Below are positions 1 through 8,712 of a stretch of DNA of 64,000 nt, one piece after another. Under the pieces are notes generated by a model that made no database searches, was not told where the DNA came from, and saw only the letters and a program-made list of their open reading frames with translations. The position numbers were made by a program, and so were the translations under genes. Source of the DNA: Candidatus Xenobia bacterium (GTDB lineage: Bacteria > Vulcanimicrobiota > Xenobia > Xenobiales > QWHO01); the NCBI GenBank assembly GCA_045863235.1, contig BTUM01000028.1, forward strand, positions 1 to 64,000, in the 5' to 3' direction. Position 1 is the first letter of the stretch, and each line of letters begins with the position of its first letter.

Positions 1-68
1 GCGCAGCCTGACCGGGCTCTCGCCGCAGTCGCCGCATGATTCACGAAATCAAGTCCGTCGAGGACCAC

Positions 69-314
69 TTAGGCGGCGTTCCGCTCCGCCAGGAGCTTCT
101 CGAGGGGCACGTCCACCATGGCGCAGTCCACGCTGGTGACATCGGGCAACTCATCACCGTCCCGAACCATCGACTCGTAATGAAAGGCCAGCGCTTCCTG
201 CATTTCACGGATACACTGTTCCTGAGTCGTTCCCGTGGCCACGCAGCCGGGAACCTCGGGGGCATAGGCAGAGAAGCCGGTTGACGTGCTTTCGATGATG
301 ATGGCCACCTTCAT
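69..314 (-). CDS. hicB: HicB-family antitoxin (type II TA)
   Basis: 81 aa, MKVAIIIE..GFSAYAPEVPGCVATGTTQEQCIREMQEALAFH matches the HicB partial RNase H fold pattern; directly downstream of hicA. Start may be the in-frame ATG at 320. Confidence 0.9.
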   Translation of the reverse strand: MKVAIIIESTSTGFSAYAPEVPGCVATGTTQEQCIREMQEALAFHYESMVRDGDELPDVTSVDCAMVDVPLEKLLAERNAA

Positions 315-340
315 CCCATGATCAACTCCTTTCAGAGGGC

Positions 341-526
341 CTACTTCAGGCCCGCCTGCTTCAGAATGCTGTTCTCCGTTCCCTTCGCAAGTTCATCCCC
401 GGGCTTGCCGGGTACGGTCACCTTGCCGGGCTTTGCCGGGTGCTCGAACTGACGGTGGCTGCCACGTTGGGCGGTTTGTTGCCAGCCATCGGCTTCGAGC
501 ATTCGGATGATTTCGCGAACCCTCAC
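341..526 (-). CDS. hicA: HicA-family mRNA interferase toxin
   Basis: 61 aa, REIIRMLEADGW..RGSHRQFEHP.KPGKVTVP...ELAKGT..SILKQAGL is the canonical HicA pattern with the GSH catalytic His. Confidence 0.93.
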   Translation of the reverse strand: MRVREIIRMLEADGWQQTAQRGSHRQFEHPAKPGKVTVPGKPGDELAKGTENSILKQAGLK

Positions 527-1041
527 CGTACCACCCGCAGGTGTCGCCCACGATGTCCCGGGGCGGACACCTGAGCGGCCAGGTCGGTTTCACTGAGGCG
601 GTCCACCAGCACGCCGGCGACAGCCTCTGGACCGCCCCATGGCAGGGGAAGCTCCGGCGCTGGCTTCGGCCCGCGCGATAGCAGCTCCATTGCAGCCCGG
701 TTGTGCTCGGGCGAGAGGTGCGCATACCTCTGGGTGATGGTGATGGTGCCAGCCAGGTGAATGGTGGCCAAGCTGGCGCCGGCCATCGCGAGCCTGCTGC
801 TGAAGGTTTGCCTGAGATCGTGCCAGGTCAGGTCCTTCACGACAGCGCGGGTGCAAGCGCTTTCAGCCCGTGAATGGCCCCGTCTCCGCTGGATTGCGTC
901 TTCCCCAATCGCCGGGAAGACCCAATCGCTCTTGTGCGTCGACAGTTGCTGCCTGAGCAGCTCCGCCAGGCGGTTGCTCATGGCCTCCCCGTGCTTTGAA
1001 TCCTGAATCGTGATTACGCGCACGTCGGAATGGGACCGCAA
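523..1041 (-). pseudogene. Degenerate tyrosine recombinase/integrase C-terminal fragment
   Basis: WHDLRQTFSSRLAMAGASLATI (HxLR box) and TQRYAHLSPEH (catalytic Tyr box); the LGH box is corrupted (IHLAGTITIT) and the N-terminal domains are missing. Confidence 0.75.
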
Positions 1042-1191
1042 CGGCTACAGAACATGGTGCGCCTCCAGCTGATTGGTTGAAGTTTGCTGATTGTCCCTTC
1101 ACCTGCCGGGCCCCTTCCGGGCTCTTTTGGGTCCGAATGGGCGGTGAGTTTCGCCAGGACGCGTCCTGCACTACGAGGAATGGGGGTTGCC

Positions 1192-2523
1192 ATGCACACC
1201 ACCCGGCGTACATTCCTCCAGATGCTGGGCGCCACGCTCCTGGTGCGCTCGGCCCGCTCGAGTCAAGCGACCGGTCTGGTGGTGGGAGCCGGAATGGCCG
1301 GTGTGGCTGCGGCCGCTCGCCTGCACTCTCAGGGCATCAAGGTCACCGTGCTCGAGGCCAGGAACCGCCTGGGGGGACGCATCTGGACGGATGGCTCGCT
1401 AGGATTCCCGCTGGACATGGGGGCGATGTGGATCGAAGGCACGCAGGGCAACCCTGTGGCCGAGCAGGCCCGCAGGCTCAAGGTGCGCACCATCCCCGAC
1501 CCGGACGACTGGCTCTACGTCGACTATGACGGCCGTCGGCTCGACTACGACGAGGAGGAAGAGTACAAGGCTTCCCTGCTCAAGCGTCTGGAGGAGCTGT
1601 CCGAGGAACTGGACGGCGACATCAGCTCGGCTGAGGCGGTCAAGCGGGTTCTGACCCAGAAAGAGCGCAGCGATCCGTTCTATCAGCGCCGGGTCAGAAT
1701 GGTCGTGTCCGACGCCGAGCTTACCTCCAGCGCTCCAGCTGACCGGATCTCGTTTCTCCACGGCTCGGAATATGGCGGTTACGGGGGACCCCAGCTCTTG
1801 ATGCCGGACGGCTATCTGGGGGTGGTGGCCGGGCTGGCCCGGGGGCTCGACATTCGCCAGGGGCACCGGGTGACCTCGGTGGCGCACAGCTCCAAAGGCG
1901 TGCGCGTGGTGACCGACAAGGGCGCGCTCGAGGCCGACTTTGCCATCGTGACCCTGCCTCTGGGGGTGCTCAAGGCCGGCATGGTCACCTTCGAGCCGGC
2001 CCTACCGGCCGACAAGCTCAGCGCCATCCGACGCCTGGAGATGGGGCTGCTCAACAAGGTGATCCTGAAGTTCCCCAAAGCCAACTGGCCGGCGATCGAC
2101 GAGTTCGGCTATCTCTCCAACGTGCCTGGCGAGTTTCCGATGTTCTTGAATTGGCAGCGTTTTTCGCAGCGACCAGTGTTGATCGGCTTTGTAGCGGGCA
2201 AGTATGCCCGCGAGCTGGAAGGTCTTTCCGATAGCCAGCAGGCCGATCGCGCCATGGCGGTGCTCAGGAAGATCGCGGGTAGCAATCTGGCCGAGCCCGA
2301 TGCGGTGCTGGTCAGTCGCTGGTCTCAGGAAAAATTCACGGGGGGAAGCTATTCCTACGTTCCAGTGGGGTCCACCCTGAACGACTACGACGTCCTGGCC
2401 AGGCCCGTGGGGCGCCTGCTCTTCGCCGGGGAGGCCACCGATCGAGAGCTCTTTGCCTCCGTGAACGGGGCCTACGTCAGTGGAGTGCGTGAGGCCGATC
2501 GGGCCGTAAAGCTCTTCTCATAA
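1192..2523 (+). CDS. Flavin monoamine/polyamine oxidase family protein with Tat signal
   Basis: Twin-arginine signal TRRTFLQ; FAD motif VVGAGMAGVAAA, LEARNRLGGR, DMGAMWI; C-terminal GSYSY and FAGEAT..VNGAYVSG. Confidence 0.9.
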   Translation: MHTTRRTFLQMLGATLLVRSARSSQATGLVVGAGMAGVAAAARLHSQGIKVTVLEARNRLGGRIWTDGSLGFPLDMGAMWIEGTQGNPVAEQARRLKVRTIPDPDDWLYVDYDGRRLDYDEEEEYKASLLKRLEELSEELDGDISSAEAVKRVLTQKERSDPFYQRRVRMVVSDAELTSSAPADRISFLHGSEYGGYGGPQLLMPDGYLGVVAGLARGLDIRQGHRVTSVAHSSKGVRVVTDKGALEADFAIVTLPLGVLKAGMVTFEPALPADKLSAIRRLEMGLLNKVILKFPKANWPAIDEFGYLSNVPGEFPMFLNWQRFSQRPVLIGFVAGKYARELEGLSDSQQADRAMAVLRKIAGSNLAEPDAVLVSRWSQEKFTGGSYSYVPVGSTLNDYDVLARPVGRLLFAGEATDRELFASVNGAYVSGVREADRAVKLFS

Positions 2524-2603
2524 CGTGCGCCGAAGCACATCCGGAGCTGGCACAGTCTGTGCCACCCTCCAGAGCTGGCACAGGCTCGAGTTGTTCAGAG
2601 AAC

Positions 2604-3161
2604 CTATCCATTCCGCGGGCGGCTCTGGAGCATGGCCAGAACAAGCATGACCAGCACGGCCACGGTGCCCAGGACGAATGCGCCCGAGGACGGCATGGCG
2701 AGCCATCGGAGCGACTCTTTGGCGGCCCCGGTGCTGCCCAGGCCGGGGGCCAGAAAGCCGGCCCACATCCAGAAAACCGAGTAGCCCAGCCCTCCCGCGC
2801 CCAGCGCCAGGCTGATGGCGCCGCTCACGCGCCCGGGCAGGCCGAGCAGGCAGACGAGCACGATCAGTGCGAAAGCCGTCGTGCCCATGCCACCTGCGTG
2901 CAGATGAGAGCGCTGCATGTACTTCCACGACTTTTCCTGGACCGCCTTGATGGCAGCTTCGTCACTCTTGTAGACCGACTCTCGGACCGGGGCGGCGGAT
3001 GCCTCCAACTGGCCCTTGATGAGGTCCTCGTTGAGCCCGAATACGATCCCCATGAGCTGACCGTAGAGGATGGTGAGCGTGGCCAGGACCAGGCCCAGGG
3101 CCGCGGGCCGCAGGCTGGACCTGAGTCCGGACAAGAGGGTGTTCTGCTCGGATGTCTCCAT
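2604..3161 (-). CDS. Hypothetical membrane protein (about 4 TM, HLHAGGMG motif)
   Basis: Hydrophobic helices; GGAGG RBS upstream of ATG 3161. Confidence 0.7.
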   Translation of the reverse strand: METSEQNTLLSGLRSSLRPAALGLVLATLTILYGQLMGIVFGLNEDLIKGQLEASAAPVRESVYKSDEAAIKAVQEKSWKYMQRSHLHAGGMGTTAFALIVLVCLLGLPGRVSGAISLALGAGGLGYSVFWMWAGFLAPGLGSTGAAKESLRWLAMPSSGAFVLGTVAVLVMLVLAMLQSRPRNG

Positions 3162-3224
3162 GGTTCCTCCTCTGTCTGACCTGAAGACCATACTGCAGTG
3201 GGCTCAGAGCTACAATGATCTTCG

Positions 3225-3545
3225 TCAAGGGTGCCAGTCGTGGCCGCACCAGAGGCACAACCTGGCCCGCGGGGTGCGCACGATGCGCCGGCAGCTCGGG
3301 CAGCGATTGATGAAGATCTCGTGCCCGTGCTCGGTGAGCAGCCGATCGCGAAGCCGTCGCTCGAAGGCTGCAGTGCCTTCTCGCAGGGCCTCCTCGACCT
3401 CCTCGTCTGGCCCGAGCAGGCGACCGTGGCCCTTGGCCCAAAACAAGATGACCCTGCGGACGCGGAATTCGAGCTCGGTTACCAGGTGGCTGCCTGCTCT
3501 CAAGACGTAGTGCGTCAGCTCGGCATCCTCGTCATAGTCGCGCAC
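3225..3545 (-). CDS. Hypothetical protein with C-terminal Zn-ribbon
   Basis: CPSC...CLWCGHDWH at the C-terminus; overlaps the upstream SGNH gene end. Confidence 0.7.
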   Translation of the reverse strand: MRDYDEDAELTHYVLRAGSHLVTELEFRVRRVILFWAKGHGRLLGPDEEVEEALREGTAAFERRLRDRLLTEHGHEIFINRCPSCRRIVRTPRARLCLWCGHDWHP

Positions 3546-4224
3546 TCACCACCTCCGCCAGTTCGCGGGCCCAGGCGTCGCAGCCGCGTGGCCCGGGGTG
3601 GAACAGGTCGGGGCTGAACTCCTCGGCCCGCAGCGGACGGAGCAGTCCATGCACGGTCCAGCCAGAGCCCAGCCTGCGCGCCTCGTTCACCAGCGTGCGG
3701 CTGCGCCAGGCCATCACGTCCTTGAGCGGGCGGGGAAGGGAGGGAAAGCAGGTGAAATCGGGGATCCCCGCCAGCACCTTGGGCTGCCTGCCCCAGCGCT
3801 CACCCAACGTCTCCAGGTGGCGCCGGAAGGCGTTCTTGCTGGTCAGGCGCAGCACGTCGTTGACCCCGGCCGAGACCACCACCAGGTCGGGTTGAAAGTC
3901 GCTCGGCAGCTCCAGCTCGAGCAACTCGCGGGCCCGGGCGCCATTGAGGCCCACACAGCGCCATTCCACCGGACGGCTGGTCGCCCGGGCCAGGTGCCAG
4001 GCCAGCCGACCCGACAGGCCCTCGGCCTGCGAACCCACGCCCACCCCGGCGATGATGGAGTCGCCCAGCAGCCCCAGCCGAAGCGGTCGTCCCGGCCCCG
4101 GCTCCAGCCCCTGGGCGTCGCCGCAGACGGGCAAGATCGGGGTCTGGCGGCGAACGGCCTTGCCTTGAGCCAGCAGCAACGGGCCCAGGGTCGCCAACAC
4201 TCCGCTCATCGCCAGGCGGTCCAT
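3532..4224 (-). CDS. SGNH/GDSL hydrolase
   Basis: Block I LGDS, block II NGAR, block III GVND, block V DLFHP. Confidence 0.9.
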   Translation of the reverse strand: MDRLAMSGVLATLGPLLLAQGKAVRRQTPILPVCGDAQGLEPGPGRPLRLGLLGDSIIAGVGVGSQAEGLSGRLAWHLARATSRPVEWRCVGLNGARARELLELELPSDFQPDLVVVSAGVNDVLRLTSKNAFRRHLETLGERWGRQPKVLAGIPDFTCFPSLPRPLKDVMAWRSRTLVNEARRLGSGWTVHGLLRPLRAEEFSPDLFHPGPRGCDAWARELAEVVSARL

Positions 4225-4444
4225 GAGCTCTGGGGTTCGCAGGCCGCACGCCTCTTTCCGCCCTCGAGTCCGAGACGATCGGAACGGCCAGACCAGGCCG
4301 GCCGGCCATGGTCGTCGTCAAAGGTGACTGCTCAACTCCGGCAGCACTCTGCACGACCGTCGAGCCACTCCGCAAGCCGAGAGCTCTTTCAGAGTTTTTT
4401 CCGCCCCTTGTGAGTTGATGGGCCCGCAAGGAAGGTGATCTGCA

Positions 4445-6856
4445 ATGAATCCAGGAGTCGTGTCCTCGGGAGCGGGGGGCCACCTCTGGGCTCGTCCGCG
4501 GCCAGCCGGCGCCAGGGACGAGGGGCCGGTCGATCAGTTCAGCACCAACGTGGTGGTGCCGTCCTTAAGCCTCGATCCTCGAGAGCTGGCCAAGGTCACC
4601 GGAGCGGCCCTCTACGAAGAACGCCAGTTGCACGAGACCCTGGCTGACCAGGTCGTTTTCGTCAGCTCGGCCCCGGTTCACCCCAGCATCGCCGAATACT
4701 ACCTGCAGTATCTGCCCGAGCGCAGCTGGTCGGATCGCCAGGTGCACTTCGTCTCGGTGGGCGATCAGAGTCCCACCCCCCTGAGCCAGAAGCTTCTTTC
4801 CAGCCACGCCACCATGGAGAAGGTGCGCCAGGCCATGGGTCCCTATCCCCGCATGACCTGCTTCGTCAGCTCGCTGGCCGAGAAACAGGTGGCCACCGAG
4901 CTGGGGATCCCCCTCTACGCCACCGATCCCTCGCTGCTGGAGTGGGGCACCAAGTCGGGCAGCCGCCAGACCTTCGCCGAGTGTGGGGTGCCCCACCCGG
5001 ACGGCACCCCTCTGGTGCGCTCGGCCCAGGAGCTGGCCGCTCAGATCGACCTGGTCATGGAGCGCAATCCATCGGCTCGCAAGATGGTGGTGAAGCTGAA
5101 TGAGGGCTTCTCAGGGGAGGGCAACGCCATCTTGAAGCTGCCCGAGATCGCCCCCGGCACTCCCCGCGAGGAACGCCTGGATGCCATCGAGGATGCCCTC
5201 CATCACATGCGCTACCAGGCTCCGAACGAATCGTGGATCACCTTCTCGGGGCGCTTCGAGGACTTGGGCGTGCTGGCCGAATGCTTCGTGGAGGGCGCCA
5301 CCTCTTCGCCCAGCGCGCAGGCCAAGATCTTGCCCGATGGATCGGTTGAGGTCGTCTCCACCCATGAGCAGGTGCTCGGTGGGCCCGACGGACAGGTCTA
5401 CCTGGGCAGCCGGTTCCCGGCCGCGCCCGAGTATCGCGCCGAGCTGATGGAGCACTGCCACAAGATCGGCGAGAACCTGTCCGCCAAGGGCTGCCGCGAG
5501 CGCTTCGCGGTGGACTTCATGGCCGTGCCCGGCGGGGGGGTGCAGGCCATCGAGATCAATCTGCGCAAGGGCGGCACCACTCACCCCTGGGAGACCCTCC
5601 AGCAGCTTACCAGAGGCCGCACGGAAGGCTCGGGCACGTTCCTCACCGATGCCGGCCGGGTGCGCGCCTACCGTGCCTCGGACAACGAGAAGCAGCCCCA
5701 GTTCCAGGGCTTCTTGCCGGGCGACGTGCTGGACGTGGCCTCTCGTCACGGCCTGCATTACACCGGCCGGGAGGAGGAAGGCACTACCTTCCACCTGCTG
5801 GGCGCTCTGCGCGAGTATGGCAAGTTCGGGATGTCCTGCATCGCGGCCACCCCCGAACGGGCCGAGCAGCTCTACGAGCGCACCCGCGAGACGCTCGAGC
5901 GCGAGCTCCGTCCGGGCAGCTTCACTCTGGATGCCCCCTCTCATCGCCTCAACGAGGCTCCTGAATCCACCGGCACGACCTCGGGCGGGTTGGTGCTGAA
6001 TCAGCGCGAGCACAAGTTGGACACACCCTGGCTGCGCACCACCGCTTTCCAGGGGCGGCGCATGGCGGCGGCGGTCAATTTGCGCGGTCAGCACGGAGTG
6101 CGGATCTTCAACCTCGAGACCGGTCAGCTCCAGGAAGAGGTGCCCGGGCATAAGACCCCGGTCCGGGCGCTGGCCCTGACCGGCCACCAGCTGGCCTCGG
6201 GCTCGGCGGACGGGGAGGTTCGCCTGCAACGCAAGGAGGGGGGGGCGCAAAGCTTCCAGGTGGATGGGCTGGTCAACGCGCTGGCCTTCTCCCCCGACGA
6301 GAAAGAGCTCGCGGTCGGCTCCAGCGACCACGCCCTGCACATCTTCGATCTCAAGTCCGGCCAGCAGCGCAAGCTCGAAGGACACGGTCACTGGGTGCGG
6401 GCGGTCGCCTACCGCGGGCGAGAGGTCCTCTCTGGCAGCCAGGACGGAACCGTGCGCCAGTGGGACGCCCGGGGCAAGACCCGGCGTATTCTCGACTGCG
6501 GCGCCGGGGTGCTGAGCCTGTCGGTCAGCCCCGACCAGAGCCAGGTGGCCGTGGCCACGGCTGATCGCAGGCTCTCCATGTGGAACCTCGAGACGGGAGA
6601 GCCGCTCTGGCAGCGTCAGCTGGACTGGCAGCCCGAGGAGGTGCGCTTTGCACCCGACGGGCGCCACCTGATCTTTCGCTCCTCCAGCGGAGGCCTGCAG
6701 CTCGCGTCGGCCGCAGAGGGCACGCCGGGTCTGGAGCTGCCGCTCGACTTCGCGGTGGGCGCGGTGGCCGCCCGCAAGACCGACATGGGCCTCGAGCTGA
6801 CCGCCGCATCGGGCGCGGGCGAGCTGCGGCGCTGGTCGGTGCTACCTGGGGCCTGA
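4445..6856 (+). CDS. PGM1-like ATP-grasp (peptide ligase-related) protein fused to C-terminal WD40 repeats
   Basis: VVVPSLSLD..YEERQL, WGTKSGSR, VVKLNEGFSGEGNA, STHEQVLGG, FAVDF, IEINLRKGGTTHP; C-terminal GH..V..LA, ASGSADGEVR, SGSQDGTVRQWD repeats. Confidence 0.8.
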   Translation: MNPGVVSSGAGGHLWARPRPAGARDEGPVDQFSTNVVVPSLSLDPRELAKVTGAALYEERQLHETLADQVVFVSSAPVHPSIAEYYLQYLPERSWSDRQVHFVSVGDQSPTPLSQKLLSSHATMEKVRQAMGPYPRMTCFVSSLAEKQVATELGIPLYATDPSLLEWGTKSGSRQTFAECGVPHPDGTPLVRSAQELAAQIDLVMERNPSARKMVVKLNEGFSGEGNAILKLPEIAPGTPREERLDAIEDALHHMRYQAPNESWITFSGRFEDLGVLAECFVEGATSSPSAQAKILPDGSVEVVSTHEQVLGGPDGQVYLGSRFPAAPEYRAELMEHCHKIGENLSAKGCRERFAVDFMAVPGGGVQAIEINLRKGGTTHPWETLQQLTRGRTEGSGTFLTDAGRVRAYRASDNEKQPQFQGFLPGDVLDVASRHGLHYTGREEEGTTFHLLGALREYGKFGMSCIAATPERAEQLYERTRETLERELRPGSFTLDAPSHRLNEAPESTGTTSGGLVLNQREHKLDTPWLRTTAFQGRRMAAAVNLRGQHGVRIFNLETGQLQEEVPGHKTPVRALALTGHQLASGSADGEVRLQRKEGGAQSFQVDGLVNALAFSPDEKELAVGSSDHALHIFDLKSGQQRKLEGHGHWVRAVAYRGREVLSGSQDGTVRQWDARGKTRRILDCGAGVLSLSVSPDQSQVAVATADRRLSMWNLETGEPLWQRQLDWQPEEVRFAPDGRHLIFRSSSGGLQLASAAEGTPGLELPLDFAVGAVAARKTDMGLELTAASGAGELRRWSVLPGA

Positions 6857-7035
6857 GCCCGGTCGCACCCCGAGCCTCGACCAGTCGGGCGTCTGGCCTT
6901 TGCGGAAGAGATAGGCCGGCTCGTCGCGGTCGTTTTCCCAGGCCGCGTAACAACCAGGGTAAAGGGGAACGAGCAGGACAGTATTTTCGATGCCACAACG
7001 AGGGTCTTTCTGACTACGCCGAGAATTTGATTCAA

Positions 7036-7425
7036 ATGAGCTTGCCCGCAGAGCTTCTCAGACAGAACGGCGTTCGGCTCGCTTATCTCTTCGGTTCGCG
7101 CGCCCGGAACGAGGCGAGAGAAGACAGCGACTACGATCTGGCGCTCTATTTCGAGCCAATGCCAGCGCTCGAGAGACTCGACCGCCTGACAGCCCTCGAG
7201 CCAGGTTTGCGCAGCTTCGTGGGCAGCCCTCTCGATCTCGTCATCCTGAACGATGCGGGACCGCTGCTCGCCAGAGAGGCAACGATTCGCGGCCGGCTGT
7301 TGTTCGGTGACCCCGAGGATGCCTTTCGTCTCGAGCAGCGCATTCGTGCGCGTTATGAGGATTTGGAGTCTTCCCAGCGGTTCTTTACTGAGGCACGCCG
7401 TCAACGGCTGGGCTTGATGGGATGA
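7036..7425 (+). CDS. mntA: MNT (minimal nucleotidyltransferase) antitoxin, MntA-like
   Basis: AYLFGSRAR...DSDYDLA (GSx10DxD) and LDLVILN; ATG at 7036 lies inside the longer 6580 ORF; ATGA overlap with the HEPN gene. Confidence 0.88.
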   Translation: MSLPAELLRQNGVRLAYLFGSRARNEAREDSDYDLALYFEPMPALERLDRLTALEPGLRSFVGSPLDLVILNDAGPLLAREATIRGRLLFGDPEDAFRLEQRIRARYEDLESSQRFFTEARRQRLGLMG

Positions 7426-7844
7426 CTCTGGTCCGCGAGCTTCTGAGCGAGTTGGAGAGAAACGTCGTGCTCCTCTCGCAGCTTGCCAGTCAGTCCAGGG
7501 AGGAGTTTACCGGAGACCCCCGCCACTATCTCCTCGCCGAGCGCTGTTTCCAGCTGGCCATTCAGTGCGTCCTGGATATTGGCTTCTACTTGGCCGCGCA
7601 AAAGGGCTGGCAACGGCCAGACGACAGCCGGGAGGCGATCCTGACCATGGGTCGCCAGGGGGTTCTCCCGCCCGAGTTCGCTCAGCGCATCCAGGGCATG
7701 GCAAACTTCCGGAACGTGCTGGTGCACGCCTATCTCGGAATCAACCGGGATCTGGTCTACGACTACCTTTCTCGGCTGGACGACTTCACCGAATTCAGCC
7801 GCCACATCGAAGCCTATGTTACCGCTGACTCTGGCCGAAGCTGA
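7422..7844 (+). CDS. hepT: HEPN (DUF86) toxin, HepT-like
   Basis: FRNVLVHAY = Rx4HxY HEPN RNase motif; paired with MNT. Confidence 0.9.
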   Translation: MTLVRELLSELERNVVLLSQLASQSREEFTGDPRHYLLAERCFQLAIQCVLDIGFYLAAQKGWQRPDDSREAILTMGRQGVLPPEFAQRIQGMANFRNVLVHAYLGINRDLVYDYLSRLDDFTEFSRHIEAYVTADSGRS

Positions 7845-7982
7845 GCTCTGGCCCCGTGGAGCGCCCGCGTAGCTCGGCCCCTGCTCATGGCGGTCTCTTC
7901 GACGCAGCTGAGGGTTGGAGCCTGGCAGAATGTTCAGAGCCCGGTTACAACTCTGATCCCCCGCCCGTGGCATAACCTGACT

Positions 7983-8585
7983 ATGCTCGCCATCCAACCG
8001 CCCTGCTCCGAGCGCCTGCCGGCTCGTTTCGACTTTGCTCCCATCGACACGTGCGAGGAGGCCATGTTCGCTCCCGGCGCCGACATGCTCGTGCGCGCCC
8101 TGGTGGGCGACGAGGCCCATGTGCGCGTCTCCTTTGAGGCTCTGGGCCACCAGATCGAGTACGTTCAGGATCGCGAAGGGGTCGAGGGCACCATCGACGG
8201 CAAGCCCTTCACGATGACTCGCACCCTGATCGCCGAGGGATTCACGGTGGGGGGCGACACCCCGGCCGGCGAGATTCAGGTCAGCCTGCGCGAGCAGCCC
8301 GGAAACAAAGCCGTGGTGGAGGGCCACGCCGGCCGGATGGGCTTCCGCCACGAGCTCGAGCGTCGCGACCCGAGCACCGGCAAGATAGCCATCATCAATG
8401 GAAAATTTGATTGAAAAGCTCTTCACGAGAGCGTGTCTCTCGTCTCGAACGGCAACTACCGGGTCTCGGGCAACCTTGGACCCGATCGGCTGCGGGCCAG
8501 CGTGACCCCGGCCGCCAACGGCACGCTCTTCATCGAGGGTGAGCTCTCGGACATGCCGTTTCGACAGACCATCGAGCGGCTTTAA
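7983..8585 (+). pseudogene. Hypothetical beta-repeat protein interrupted by an in-frame TGA at 8412-8414
   Basis: The frame continues after TGA for 56 codons with the same repeat style (VEGTIDGKPFTMTR / VEGHAGRMGFRHELER / INGKFD*KALHESV / IEGELSDMPFRQTIER) to TAA at 8583-8585. Confidence 0.65.
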
Positions 8586-8712
8586 GGCGCCTTCAACATC
8601 CGCGGTCACGTGAGTTCACGACAAGCTTCCGATCGGAGCCGCCGGCTCGGGAAGGAGGCCGTTTGCCGGGCTGCGAACCGGCCTCGATGTCAATCGCGGT
8701 AAGGTTTTTCTG

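Noticed and set aside
1040..1100. tRNA gene near the integrase remnant
   Set aside because: Only a 9-nt CCA-end-like match; no cloverleaf or GTTCRA T-loop
6580..7035. N-terminal extension of the MNT antitoxin (281-aa ORF)
   Set aside because: Overlaps the WD40 gene end and intergenic DNA; the MNT domain starts at ATG 7036
8412..8414. Alternative genetic code (TGA=Gly/Trp) or selenocysteine
   Set aside because: Numerous well-supported genes end in TGA, often in ATGA/GTGA overlaps; the context is not a redox Cys position
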